DNA of 64,000 nt from Candidatus Omnitrophota bacterium. GTDB lineage: Bacteria > Omnitrophota > Gorgyraeia > Pluralincolimonadales > Pluralincolimonadaceae. Numbering within the stretch: the stretch's first letter is position 1; every line of letters starts with the position of its first letter. Both the position numbers and the translations under genes were made by a program. The stretch covers positions 13,943 to 77,942 of the forward strand of contig PLNR01000004.1 of the NCBI GenBank assembly GCA_003141835.1. The letters are read 5' to 3'. Shown in pieces: positions 55,840 to 64,000 of this stretch. The notes under the pieces were generated by a model. It made no database searches. It worked only from the letters and a program-made list of their open reading frames with translations, and had not been told where the DNA came from.

Positions 55840-58707
55840 CTAATTGCTCAAAAATCCCACATTATCTATATAGATAGCGCCGGAATCCACGTCCCACGTG
55901 TATAACATGAACATGACCTGCTTCATAGGCTCTTCCCTGTCAATGGCGCCCTTATGCTGCCATTTCGTCTCCTGCTTCTTGAAGGTCTTAGCCATGAGGT
56001 CGAATGTCACGTTCTTGTTCCAGCCCGGGACCAGCTGCTTCCTTACGCTTTCGCAGAAGCCTTTGCTGTTAAGGACGACCGATACTTCTATGGAATTCGG
56101 CGCGTCGAGATAAACATCGAATATCATCTTCTTGGCCTTTGACAGGTCAAGCTCAAGTTTGGTGTTCTGGAGACATACGCCTTTCCCATCAGTCCTCTTG
56201 CCCGCCTTGTCGAAGACCACCTTGATCGAGGTCTTGCCCTCGGTAAACTTGTCTTTGGCAAGCGAGACCTTGGCTATATCGCCCCAGTCCGCGCAGGCCC
56301 AATCGCCCTGCTTCTCAAAACCTTCCCAGATATCGCGGGCCTCTAGCGGCACGTCTTTATTCAGGAGCTTCGAAGCTATATAAGCCTTTGACGGCTTCGG
56401 GCGCGCATTTGCGTCCAGGGATATCACCTTCAGGGCAAAGTCACCGGTTATCTCGGGTAAGGGTATGTCCAATTTCGAGCCCTTGCTAGCGGCGTCGACC
56501 GTTCCCGTGATCTTCCCGGAATACGTATCCCAGAACTCGACTTTATAGTCCCCCTTGTCCATGCCCGCGACCGTCAAGACCGCGCCTTTGATATCCAGCG
56601 GCCTGAACGCGCCCTGGTTGAATTTCGTCCTTAACAGGTCGTATACCCAGATAAGCGCCCTCTTGTTATTCAATATGCCCTGGGCGTTTAGTATCGTCCC
56701 GTCCTCGAACTCGAGCGTCCCGCGGCTGTATTGGTAATACTGCCCGCGCCTGTCTTCGCCCTTGTTGAATTCGGCGAGGGAGCGCCAGTGGAAATAAAGG
56801 TTCCTCGGCTCGATATAATCGTCCCATTGCCAGGGCATCGCGTCGCCGGATGACACCGTAGTATATGCCGCCCAGATGCCGTTATGGTGGACGGTCGCGT
56901 CAGGGTCCTGTATGTCGATGCCGCTTAAGTTGCTGCCGCCGTACTCGCCGACGAAATACGCCTTCTTATAATCCTTCATTATCGTGTAGAGGCCGTCGAG
57001 GGTGGTGACTATCTCCGGCGTATACATATGTATCTGGCCGTAGGATATCTCCGGCTGCTTCCAGATATCCTTCGGGAAATTCCCGAAATAGCTGGTCGTT
57101 ATCATGTGCGCGTAGGGATCGACCGAATCGACATACTGGCCCATCTCTTTCTGCCACGGGATGTCGAGGTTCGCGTCGTAATTGTCCATAAGCGTCAGCT
57201 CGTTCCACGGCTCCCAGGCGAGTATGTTCGTGGAATATCCCCAGCGCGCGATGATATAGCGCATGCGCATCTTGTAGAGCTTCTTCGCCTCGGGGTTCGT
57301 CAGGAAGTCTTTCGGCTCCTTGCACGGCCCGCCGTTCTTGATGTTATAGGGGTTGTTGAGCCACTCCGGGTCGACCTTGGTGCTGAGCTGCCCGTGCTGG
57401 TTCAGTACGAGCTGGAAATAGATATCGTGTTTCTTTGCCAAGTCTGTAATATCATCAAGCAACTTGGCATTCTTGAGGTTGTAATTGTTAAGGCCGTGGA
57501 ACTCCCCGACATCGAGCCATTCTATCGCGCACTGCCAGCTCGACATCCAGACTCGCGACCAGCAGTACATGTTCTCCTGCATCTTCTGGAAATAATGCTC
57601 GTACGCGTCGACCGACGGCGCCCACGCCACGTTCTGGCCTATCGGATAATAATAATCGCCGTTATCGAACTCAAAATAGAGCGGGTCCTTCTTGCTTATG
57701 CGTACAAATCCTTTTTTCGGCGAAATAGGGGCCGTGCATTCGAAAGCCAGGTTGCCGGACTTGGCCGTCCCCTTCGGGTTGGACACGTTCACGCAGTACG
57801 TCCATTTCCCTGCCTTGGCCGGGGTGAACCTTATCTTCCAGACCGCGCTCGAGATATTGACGCCGTCGACCTTCCCGGAATAAAGGAACCCGGGCATGGT
57901 GACCTTCTTGCCGTCCGGAGAGGTGAATACGCCGTTCAAGTCTATGTTCTCCGGATTATACGGGTACTGGTATGTGCCTTCGAAATCAACGGTCACTTCG
58001 AACTTCTCGAACTGCTCGACGCTCTCCTTGTCGCCTTTTACCGAGAGGATCTTCGGCGCCTTATACTCGGCTAACGGGATCACCTTCTGTTCGCTGGTTA
58101 ACCTCGGCGTCCTCTCAACGCGGATATTGTCGAAATAGACATTCGCCTTCGCCTCGGTGTCTTCGGCATACAAGATGAACATTATGCGCCATGCGATCGT
58201 GCCTGTCCTGGGCGCGTAATTATACTGCCAGTTGCTGGTAGGCGACTTAAAACCTTTCTCATGGATATTGAAGGTCACGTCCTTGTTCAGCCCCTTCTTT
58301 ATCGTCTCGGTCGCGCTTTCGATGAATTCATCGGTATAGAGGACAAGGGCCAGCTCGAACGGAGGGCCGTCGTTATAGATGTCGACCATGAGCTTCTTCG
58401 TCGAATCGAGGTCGATAGCCGACTGCTCCCTCTCGAGGACCACACCCTTGGGCGGGTTCTGTTTCCCCTCAGGCCCGAACTCGACCTTAAAGCATTTCCC
58501 GCCTTCGGTCTTGTTGTCCGGGACGACGGTCATTTTCGCGGCGTCACCCCATTGGGCTATGCTCCAGAGATGCTGGGCTTCAAGGCCGTCCCACAAGATG
58601 GTTTCGGTTCCCTCAACCACTGGCGCGGCTCCGGTCTCGGCGGCGTAAAGGTGGTTTACGATCGCCATAATAGACAGGATAAATATTACAAATAATGACT
58701 TTTTCAT
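55840..58707 (-). CDS. secreted GH5-like (DUF4038-type) glycoside hydrolase flanked by two CBM-like beta-sandwich modules
   Basis: The central region is paralogous to 46143..48269 (…LAWEPWNEL…). The N- and C-terminal ~170-aa modules resemble the free-standing 61804..62385 protein (…IYIDNVGF). Confidence 0.65.
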   Translation of the reverse strand: MKKSLFVIFILSIMAIVNHLYAAETGAAPVVEGTETILWDGLEAQHLWSIAQWGDAAKMTVVPDNKTEGGKCFKVEFGPEGKQNPPKGVVLEREQSAIDLDSTKKLMVDIYNDGPPFELALVLYTDEFIESATETIKKGLNKDVTFNIHEKGFKSPTSNWQYNYAPRTGTIAWRIMFILYAEDTEAKANVYFDNIRVERTPRLTSEQKVIPLAEYKAPKILSVKGDKESVEQFEKFEVTVDFEGTYQYPYNPENIDLNGVFTSPDGKKVTMPGFLYSGKVDGVNISSAVWKIRFTPAKAGKWTYCVNVSNPKGTAKSGNLAFECTAPISPKKGFVRISKKDPLYFEFDNGDYYYPIGQNVAWAPSVDAYEHYFQKMQENMYCWSRVWMSSWQCAIEWLDVGEFHGLNNYNLKNAKLLDDITDLAKKHDIYFQLVLNQHGQLSTKVDPEWLNNPYNIKNGGPCKEPKDFLTNPEAKKLYKMRMRYIIARWGYSTNILAWEPWNELTLMDNYDANLDIPWQKEMGQYVDSVDPYAHMITTSYFGNFPKDIWKQPEISYGQIHMYTPEIVTTLDGLYTIMKDYKKAYFVGEYGGSNLSGIDIQDPDATVHHNGIWAAYTTVSSGDAMPWQWDDYIEPRNLYFHWRSLAEFNKGEDRRGQYYQYSRGTLEFEDGTILNAQGILNNKRALIWVYDLLRTKFNQGAFRPLDIKGAVLTVAGMDKGDYKVEFWDTYSGKITGTVDAASKGSKLDIPLPEITGDFALKVISLDANARPKPSKAYIASKLLNKDVPLEARDIWEGFEKQGDWACADWGDIAKVSLAKDKFTEGKTSIKVVFDKAGKRTDGKGVCLQNTKLELDLSKAKKMIFDVYLDAPNSIEVSVVLNSKGFCESVRKQLVPGWNKNVTFDLMAKTFKKQETKWQHKGAIDREEPMKQVMFMLYTWDVDSGAIYIDNVGFLSN

Positions 58708-59666
58708 AGCTTTTTCGCCCTCCAGGCTGCGCCGATTATTCCCGCGTCTTCCCCAAGTTCCGCGGTCACTATCCTTACCCCTTTGTATGCTTCCCGTAAA
58801 GCCCTTTCCTTCGCGGCTTTCTTGACCTTACCGAAAAATACCTTCCCGGCCTTTGCCATCCCGCCGGCCAGGACTATCGTTTCCGGATCGAGCGCGTTTA
58901 TGATATTGGCTATCGCCGCGCCGATATACACGGCCGTTTCATCCACGATCCTGCGCGAGATCCTGTCGCCCTTCTCTGCCGCTTTATATATATCTTCGGC
59001 GGTCATTTTGCCGGCGGCCTTCCTGCGCCTTACCACGGCTGTCGCCGAAGCATACATCTCCAGGCATCCGCGGTTGCCGCAGCGGCATTTCGGGCCGTTA
59101 ATATCTATGGATGTATGGCCAAATTCCGAGGCGAACCCGCCTTTTCCCGTCCATAATTTCCCGTCGAGGACGATGGCGCTCCCTATCCCGGTGCCGAGCG
59201 TCAGCAGGACCATGCTTGAAGAACCGCGGCCTGCGCCGTTCATCGCCTCGCCAAGCCCCGCACAATTGGCATCGTTCTCGACAACTGCGGGGACCCGGAA
59301 CCTTCTTTCAATGATCTTCTTTAACCGCACCCCGCGCCAATCCGGCAGGTTCGGCGGGGAAAGGACTATGCCTTTTTTGCTGTCCAGCGGGCCCGGGCAA
59401 CCGGCCCCGATAGCTTTTACTTTGGCGCCTGATTTTTTAATTATCTGCGCCGCGGCATCGAGCAGGCGCCGGATCACTTTATCCTTGCCCTGCTCTTTCA
59501 GCGTCGGCATGCGGTATCTCGCGATGACTTTACCGCGCCCGTCTATGATGCCGAAGCGGATATTCGTCCCGCCTATATCTATGCCGAGATAATTGCTTAT
59601 AGCGGCTTCCTCTTCCCTTTCAGGGCGATATCGACCAGGTCGTCTATCCTGGCAGTCGCGACACAC
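58704..59666 (-). CDS. ROK-family sugar kinase (glucokinase/mannokinase-like)
   Basis: LGIDIGGTNIRFGIID and the zinc motif CRCGNRGCLE are present. The annotated 5' end overlaps the GH130 gene by 70 nt, so the true start is probably internal or non-ATG. Confidence 0.8.
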   Translation of the reverse strand: MCRDCQDRRPGRYRPEREEEAAISNYLGIDIGGTNIRFGIIDGRGKVIARYRMPTLKEQGKDKVIRRLLDAAAQIIKKSGAKVKAIGAGCPGPLDSKKGIVLSPPNLPDWRGVRLKKIIERRFRVPAVVENDANCAGLGEAMNGAGRGSSSMVLLTLGTGIGSAIVLDGKLWTGKGGFASEFGHTSIDINGPKCRCGNRGCLEMYASATAVVRRRKAAGKMTAEDIYKAAEKGDRISRRIVDETAVYIGAAIANIINALDPETIVLAGGMAKAGKVFFGKVKKAAKERALREAYKGVRIVTAELGEDAGIIGAAWRAKKL

Positions 59667-60526
59667 ATGACCGTATCCGCGCCGCCGTAATAGATCTTGA
59701 CCGTGCCGTCAGGCTCAGGGATCGCGCCGCAGGTAAAGACTACATTATGGACATAACCGACCCTTTCGAATATTTCGTCAGGGCTGATTATGAACTGGTC
59801 CGCGATTCCGAGCACTTTCGCCGGGTTCTTGAGGTCATGCATCGCAACGCCCAGCCTGTACGTCATCCCGTCCATCGTCCAGGTTACGCCGTGATAGATG
59901 CTGAGCCAGCCCTTCTTCGTCTTGATGGGCGGGGCTCCGGCGCCGATCTTGTGGTCCTCCCAGATATGGTTGCCGTAGGGAAGCATTATCAATTCCTGTT
60001 CGCCCCAGTGTATGAGGTCGGGCGAATAAGATATCCAGATGCCCTGGCGCCCGACGTTCGGCCGCTCGAAACGGCAGTACTTGCCGTTTATCTTTTCAGG
60101 GAAGAGGACCGAGTTGCGGTAGTCGATAGTCGTTGTCATCGCCACCCGTTCGAACTTCTCGAAATTTTTCGTCTTGGCCAGCCCTATCCTCATGCCGATG
60201 CCCGAATAGCAGCTGTAGAAGAAATAATAGGTGTCGCCGATCTTCGTGATCCTCGGGTCCTCGATGCCTTTCTGCTCGTAGAACGCAAACGGCCCGGTCG
60301 TCGCAGGGACCATTACCGGCTTCGGGCGCACGGTGAAGTTATAGCCGTCATCGCTCACCGCCAAACCGAATTCGCAATTGCCGTTCAGGCGCAGGGCCCT
60401 GAACAGGAGGTAATATTTGCCGTTGTACTTCGCCGCGCCGGCGTTGTAGGCCGCGTCGCAGGGATACGGAACATCCTCTTTTGTCAGTATCGGGTTCTTC
60501 TCGTATTTTTTGCATACGAATCTCAT
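59597..60526 (-). CDS. GH130-family glycoside phosphorylase/hydrolase (beta-mannoside phosphorylase-like)
   Basis: The 5-bladed beta-propeller pattern is present: FNAG..KYNGKYYLLFR, EDPRITKIGDTYYFFY. Confidence 0.7.
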   Translation of the reverse strand: MRFVCKKYEKNPILTKEDVPYPCDAAYNAGAAKYNGKYYLLFRALRLNGNCEFGLAVSDDGYNFTVRPKPVMVPATTGPFAFYEQKGIEDPRITKIGDTYYFFYSCYSGIGMRIGLAKTKNFEKFERVAMTTTIDYRNSVLFPEKINGKYCRFERPNVGRQGIWISYSPDLIHWGEQELIMLPYGNHIWEDHKIGAGAPPIKTKKGWLSIYHGVTWTMDGMTYRLGVAMHDLKNPAKVLGIADQFIISPDEIFERVGYVHNVVFTCGAIPEPDGTVKIYYGGADTVMCVATARIDDLVDIALKGKRKPL

Positions 60527-60539
60527 TTTTGTACCCTCC

Positions 60540-61724
60540 TTATTTCGTTTTAGAATACCACAGCTTGACTACGTCAGATGCAGGTTTATTCTGAATATTG
60601 AATCCGCGGTCCGTGCTACCACCCATCCTCTCGTTCGTGCCCCAATACCACCAGTACATCCCGTAAAACCACGGCTTATCCCAAAAGGCCTCGAGCATGG
60701 CGGTATAGCAGTCGCTCTGGAGCTGAAGGTCGACCTCCCTGCCGAGCTGATGTTCCCACGGCGTCTTGGCCGCGCCGGTCGAACTCTTGTATCCGACCTC
60801 GGTGAGGATCACGGGCTTGTTTATCTTCTTCTGCCACGCCTCGATCTCCGGGATATATTTCTTCCATCCTTCGCGAAGGTCGTCAAGCGTAGGTTTCTCT
60901 TTATCGGAGAGCGGGAAATAGGCGTCCAGGCCGGCATAATCGAGCTTGTCCCAGAACGTGATATTCTGGTATTCCTCGTTCCAGTTGGCCGCGTATGTCA
61001 ACGGGCCGGTAAAGACTTTCCTGGCCTCGCTTATCACATATTTGTCCCAGAGTTCGCCTTTATATGTGGCCGGGGTCGTCAGCTCCACGCCTATGCATAA
61101 TAATTCGACGTTCTCTTTTTCCGCCAAAGCGGCGTAATGGACGATGAAATTCCCGTAGCTCTTGAACCACGCCTCCCAATCCGTGTCGTTATTGAACTGC
61201 ACCTCCCCGCGCCAATATCCGCTCTTGACCAGGTCGAGGTGGGGCTTGAGCATCACCTTGAGGCCTAAATTATGCGCCTGCTCGATGGCATGCGTGAGAC
61301 TCTCGTCGGTGGGCGTATACGCCCCGGCTTTTATCTCGGTGCTGTTATAATCTGTCTGGTACCACGTCGTTACTATGGCTATATACTGGCATCCCATAGC
61401 CGAAAGCTTTGACATGGATAGGTCGGAAAAACCCTTGCCGTATGCGACCCTGTCCCAGGTCACGTATGTCATTCCTTTTTGGAACTGCGGAAAAGAAGGC
61501 CTCTCTATCTTTTTGTGCTCTTCGGGGACAACCGGGGTAACTACCGGCGCCGCCGGAAGAGGCGAAGGAGTCGTTTGCGCCGGGGACGCCATCTCGGCTG
61601 TGGCCTCGAGGTTCGCCTGGCCCTCGGGGCCAGCGCGTTTATTACCCTTCAGGCTGAATAAGTATCCCGCCAAAAAGGCGAGGATTATAAGTACGATGAT
61701 GAAGATCTTATTGCGAAAAGACAT
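60540..61724 (-). CDS. TIM-barrel glycoside hydrolase, GH113/GH26-like (putative beta-mannanase)
   Basis: Signal anchor. ...VMLKPHLD... , ...IGVELT... and ...ILTEVGY... give the (beta/alpha)8 clan GH-A pattern. It is paralogous to 62410..63957. Confidence 0.55.
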   Translation of the reverse strand: MSFRNKIFIIVLIILAFLAGYLFSLKGNKRAGPEGQANLEATAEMASPAQTTPSPLPAAPVVTPVVPEEHKKIERPSFPQFQKGMTYVTWDRVAYGKGFSDLSMSKLSAMGCQYIAIVTTWYQTDYNSTEIKAGAYTPTDESLTHAIEQAHNLGLKVMLKPHLDLVKSGYWRGEVQFNNDTDWEAWFKSYGNFIVHYAALAEKENVELLCIGVELTTPATYKGELWDKYVISEARKVFTGPLTYAANWNEEYQNITFWDKLDYAGLDAYFPLSDKEKPTLDDLREGWKKYIPEIEAWQKKINKPVILTEVGYKSSTGAAKTPWEHQLGREVDLQLQSDCYTAMLEAFWDKPWFYGMYWWYWGTNERMGGSTDRGFNIQNKPASDVVKLWYSKTK

Positions 61725-61761
61725 ATTGTTATCTCCTTAGACTAAGATTCGAGTATCCGTT

Positions 61762-61796
61762 ATCCTGTGGGGTGCTATATTAATAGCACCCCACAG
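61762..61796. terminator. perfect 14-bp stem-loop (probable intrinsic terminator between convergently-transcribed-in-series genes)
   Basis: CCTGTGGGGTGCTA-TATTAA-TAGCACCCCACAGG lies between the stop of 61804..62385 and the start of 60540..61724. There is no clear U-tract. Confidence 0.4.
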
Positions 61797-61803
61797 GATG
61801 TGG

Positions 61804-62385
61804 TCATTCTACCCTGATGTTGTCGATGTATATCTTGCCTTTCCAGGCGGTCCTGTTGTCTTCGACCCTGACGCCGAGTTTCCTGACGTCTTTCCTGAAG
61901 CTGTCATCGACGACCGTATTCTTCCAGTCCTTGCTGCCCGGCTTCAGGTCAGCCGTTATCGTGGTGACCTGGCCCGGGGTAAGCGGGATCGTCTTTCCCA
62001 TCTCGATCCACTTCCAGTCTTCGCCGACGGTAAGGATTATCTTGCCTTTAAGCCCGGCAGGCGCATCCTTCGGGATATAAACATCGGCCGATATCTTGCC
62101 GTAGGGGGTCCAGTCAAAATAATCCTCGATCTCGACATAAGAGCCTGACCATTTCTTGTCAAGGAACTCGCTGGATACGGAGAGGGATTTCTTCCCTTCG
62201 GAAGCCCAATCCGGGGATACAGCGATCTCCCTCGCGACGCTGTCCTCTTTTTCCATCGCCCAATCGGGTATGCGCCAGCCGTCCGTATCCTTCTCGAAAC
62301 CGAAGAGTACGGTCTCCGCCGCGTTGCATACGCCGGAAGATGACAACATCAAAACCGCAAAAAGAACCACTGCCAACCTTTTCAT
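61804..62385 (-). CDS. secreted CBM-like beta-sandwich protein
   Basis: Signal peptide. The protein is homologous to both terminal modules of 55840..58707 (…GKIYIDNIRVE). Confidence 0.5.
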   Translation of the reverse strand: MKRLAVVLFAVLMLSSSGVCNAAETVLFGFEKDTDGWRIPDWAMEKEDSVAREIAVSPDWASEGKKSLSVSSEFLDKKWSGSYVEIEDYFDWTPYGKISADVYIPKDAPAGLKGKIILTVGEDWKWIEMGKTIPLTPGQVTTITADLKPGSKDWKNTVVDDSFRKDVRKLGVRVEDNRTAWKGKIYIDNIRVE

Positions 62386-62409
62386 TTCAACTTCCTCCTT
62401 TCCCTGCTT

Positions 62410-63957
62410 TTACTTTGCCGTCTTATACCAGCCGGCCAAAACTTTTTCGGCCGACTTGCCCTTGATCGTGTATCCGAGCGGACTCTCAATATCCTGCGGG
62501 AACACGCACCACCAGTAAAGGCCTTTGAACCACACCCGTTTTGTCATGACCGTCATCATCGCGTCCAGACAGTCAGCTTGCTCTTTTTGGCTCTCGACCT
62601 TTGATGGCACCGTCCACGGGGTCTTGCTCGTCCCCTCGGCGCTGGTATATCCGGCTTCCGTAAATATTACCGGTTTACTTATGCCCTTCTTCCTGAAAAA
62701 ATCCTCCATATTCCTTGCTTCCTTCTCCCACGCCGCGACCAGGTCCTCCTTGGAAGGATTCGCCTTTGAGGCGAGCGGGAAATAGGCGTCGATCCCCACG
62801 AAATCCAGTTCGTTCCAGAACGGGACTTCCTTATATTCGTTCCAGTTCGAGGCGTATGTCAAGGGCCCCTTGTAAACATCCCTTACCGCCTTTATTATCT
62901 TCCTCCACTCCGCTTCCCATTTCATCGGGGTGCCTGAAAGTTCTGTCCCGACGGAATACAGTTCCACGTTGTATTTCGCCGCCAATTTCGCATACTTGAG
63001 GATGAACTCATTATAATTCTTGAACCACTCCTCTTCCCCGGGGATGTCCCCGCGGAACTCGTCGGTCTGCACGTCTATGTGGGGCTTGAGAATCACCTTG
63101 AATCCCAGCGAATGCGCCTTGTTTATCGCGTGAGTCAACGCTTCATCGACAGGCGTCCTGCCGCCTTCCGGGCTCTCCGGGTAGATCTTCATGGATTCAA
63201 GCGTATCCTGGTACCAGGTGACGATAAAACAGACATGGGTGACGTTTATAGTCTTCAGGTATTCCAGCATCGCGTCGGATTCTTTCGCCGCGAGGTCGCT
63301 TTCGTTGTAAGAAGTATAATTTATGCCTTTCTGGAACTCGACCGCGGTTATGGGCCCGGGAGAAGGAAGCGGCTCTTCCATCGTAAGTTTTATCACTTCC
63401 TTCGGCTTGCGGTCCGGGAATACCTGTTCTATGGGCTTATCTTCCGGGTTAAGTTCTTTGGGGCCGTAGACCTCCCATTCCCATATCGAGATGCCCCAGC
63501 TCGGGTTCGACCTCTTGAGGCCTACAAGCTTAAGATAGCGCGCCGTGGTCTGGGGAATGCCTATGATATCCGTGCCTCCGCGCCTGTTCTTTAAGATCAT
63601 GACCGACTTCCATTGCTTCGCGTCATCGGAGACGAGGAGCTCGTATTCCGGGGAATAAGCGCGCTCCCAGTAGATCACCGTCTTAGTGAATGTCTTCGGT
63701 TTCCCGAAATCGTAAAATATCCACTCGCCGTCCTTGCCAAGCATCGGGGACCAGCGCGTATTGAAATCCCCGTCGGCTACAGCCATCGGGTTCGGCCCGG
63801 GCGCCCATTCGGAATCGTCGAAAGACGATGCCACAGCTGAGGCGGGTTTCAGGTAGACCGGGTCCTCGCATTTCTCTTCGGCCATGACGCACGGCCCGGC
63901 CGCAAATAAGAGAGCTGCCAGCGACAAAAATACTGCTGTTAAATTTTTATATACCAT
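62410..63957 (-). CDS. secreted F5/8-type-C (discoidin) domain + GH113/GH26-like TIM-barrel hydrolase
   Basis: The N-terminal discoidin pattern (…ADGDFNTRWSP…EWIFYDFGKP…) is followed by a catalytic domain paralogous to 60540..61724 (VILKPHID, FTEAGY). Confidence 0.55.
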   Translation of the reverse strand: MVYKNLTAVFLSLAALLFAAGPCVMAEEKCEDPVYLKPASAVASSFDDSEWAPGPNPMAVADGDFNTRWSPMLGKDGEWIFYDFGKPKTFTKTVIYWERAYSPEYELLVSDDAKQWKSVMILKNRRGGTDIIGIPQTTARYLKLVGLKRSNPSWGISIWEWEVYGPKELNPEDKPIEQVFPDRKPKEVIKLTMEEPLPSPGPITAVEFQKGINYTSYNESDLAAKESDAMLEYLKTINVTHVCFIVTWYQDTLESMKIYPESPEGGRTPVDEALTHAINKAHSLGFKVILKPHIDVQTDEFRGDIPGEEEWFKNYNEFILKYAKLAAKYNVELYSVGTELSGTPMKWEAEWRKIIKAVRDVYKGPLTYASNWNEYKEVPFWNELDFVGIDAYFPLASKANPSKEDLVAAWEKEARNMEDFFRKKGISKPVIFTEAGYTSAEGTSKTPWTVPSKVESQKEQADCLDAMMTVMTKRVWFKGLYWWCVFPQDIESPLGYTIKGKSAEKVLAGWYKTAK

Positions 63958-64000
63958 TGATTTCCCCTGGATCAGTTCCTGACCTTCAATTTACCCCACT

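Noticed and set aside
57028-58695. Plus-strand ORFs (57028..58074 348 aa; 58261..58695) opposite the 955-aa glycoside hydrolase.
   Set aside because: These are antisense shadow ORFs and the sense strand has strong family signatures.
1-64000. I searched for transposases/IS elements, phage integrases, rRNA genes and toxin-antitoxin pairs.
   Set aside because: None were recognisable. In particular, no tyrosine recombinase was found near the cassette array, and the only tRNA is tRNA-Gln at 5158-5231.

Overview
This is a GC-rich bacterial chromosomal segment, probably from an uncultured lineage; I cannot assign taxonomy from the sequence alone. Nearly every gene lies on the minus strand. I see four blocks.

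(1) 1-18,986: a housekeeping block with a partial rpsF, then pth, rplY/ctc, prs, glmU, clpX, tRNA-Gln, a SpoVG homolog carrying an inserted zinc ribbon, ispE, a split transketolase, a TPR protein, hisG, an ECF sigma/anti-sigma module, a PpiD-like PPIase, tadA, an AlkD-like repair enzyme, pfkA, dus and a nitroreductase.

(2) 19,004-25,732: a six-gene membrane-bound complex resembling formate hydrogenlyase or complex I (HyfB/HycD/HyfE/HyfF-like membrane subunits, a NuoCD-like large subunit and a NuoB-like small subunit). The large subunit has lost all four NiFe-ligating cysteines, and no HycF-type ferredoxin subunit is present. This is the Ehr (energy-converting hydrogenase-related) signature.

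(3) 25,830-28,150: an AT-rich island with four promoterless minus-strand ORFs, each followed by a highly conserved 75-bp imperfect inverted repeat bounded by RYYYAAC...GTTRRRY cores with an extrahelical G. I interpret this as an integron-type gene-cassette array (attC sites) with no integrase in the window (CALIN-like). The putative attI side holds a duplicated perfect palindrome, TACGAATTCGTA. One cassette gene (zinc ribbon plus DUF4145) is frameshifted.

(4) 28,170-63,957: gltD and gltB, followed by a large glycan-utilisation locus. The locus holds a GH94-like phosphorylase, a 1,522-aa GH2 enzyme, three free-standing paralogs of the GH2 enzyme's C-terminal ~300-aa module, a LacI regulator, two GH5-like (DUF4038) enzymes, a three-gene sugar ABC transporter, a ROK kinase, a GH130 phosphorylase, two GH113/GH26-like TIM-barrel hydrolases, CBM-like modules, a PEP-CTERM protein and a giant pseudopilin-like protein.

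I also found a 29-aa arginine/lysine-rich ORF with a perfect Shine-Dalgarno sequence that the ORF track missed. All of this is my own reading of the sequence; nothing was verified against a database.
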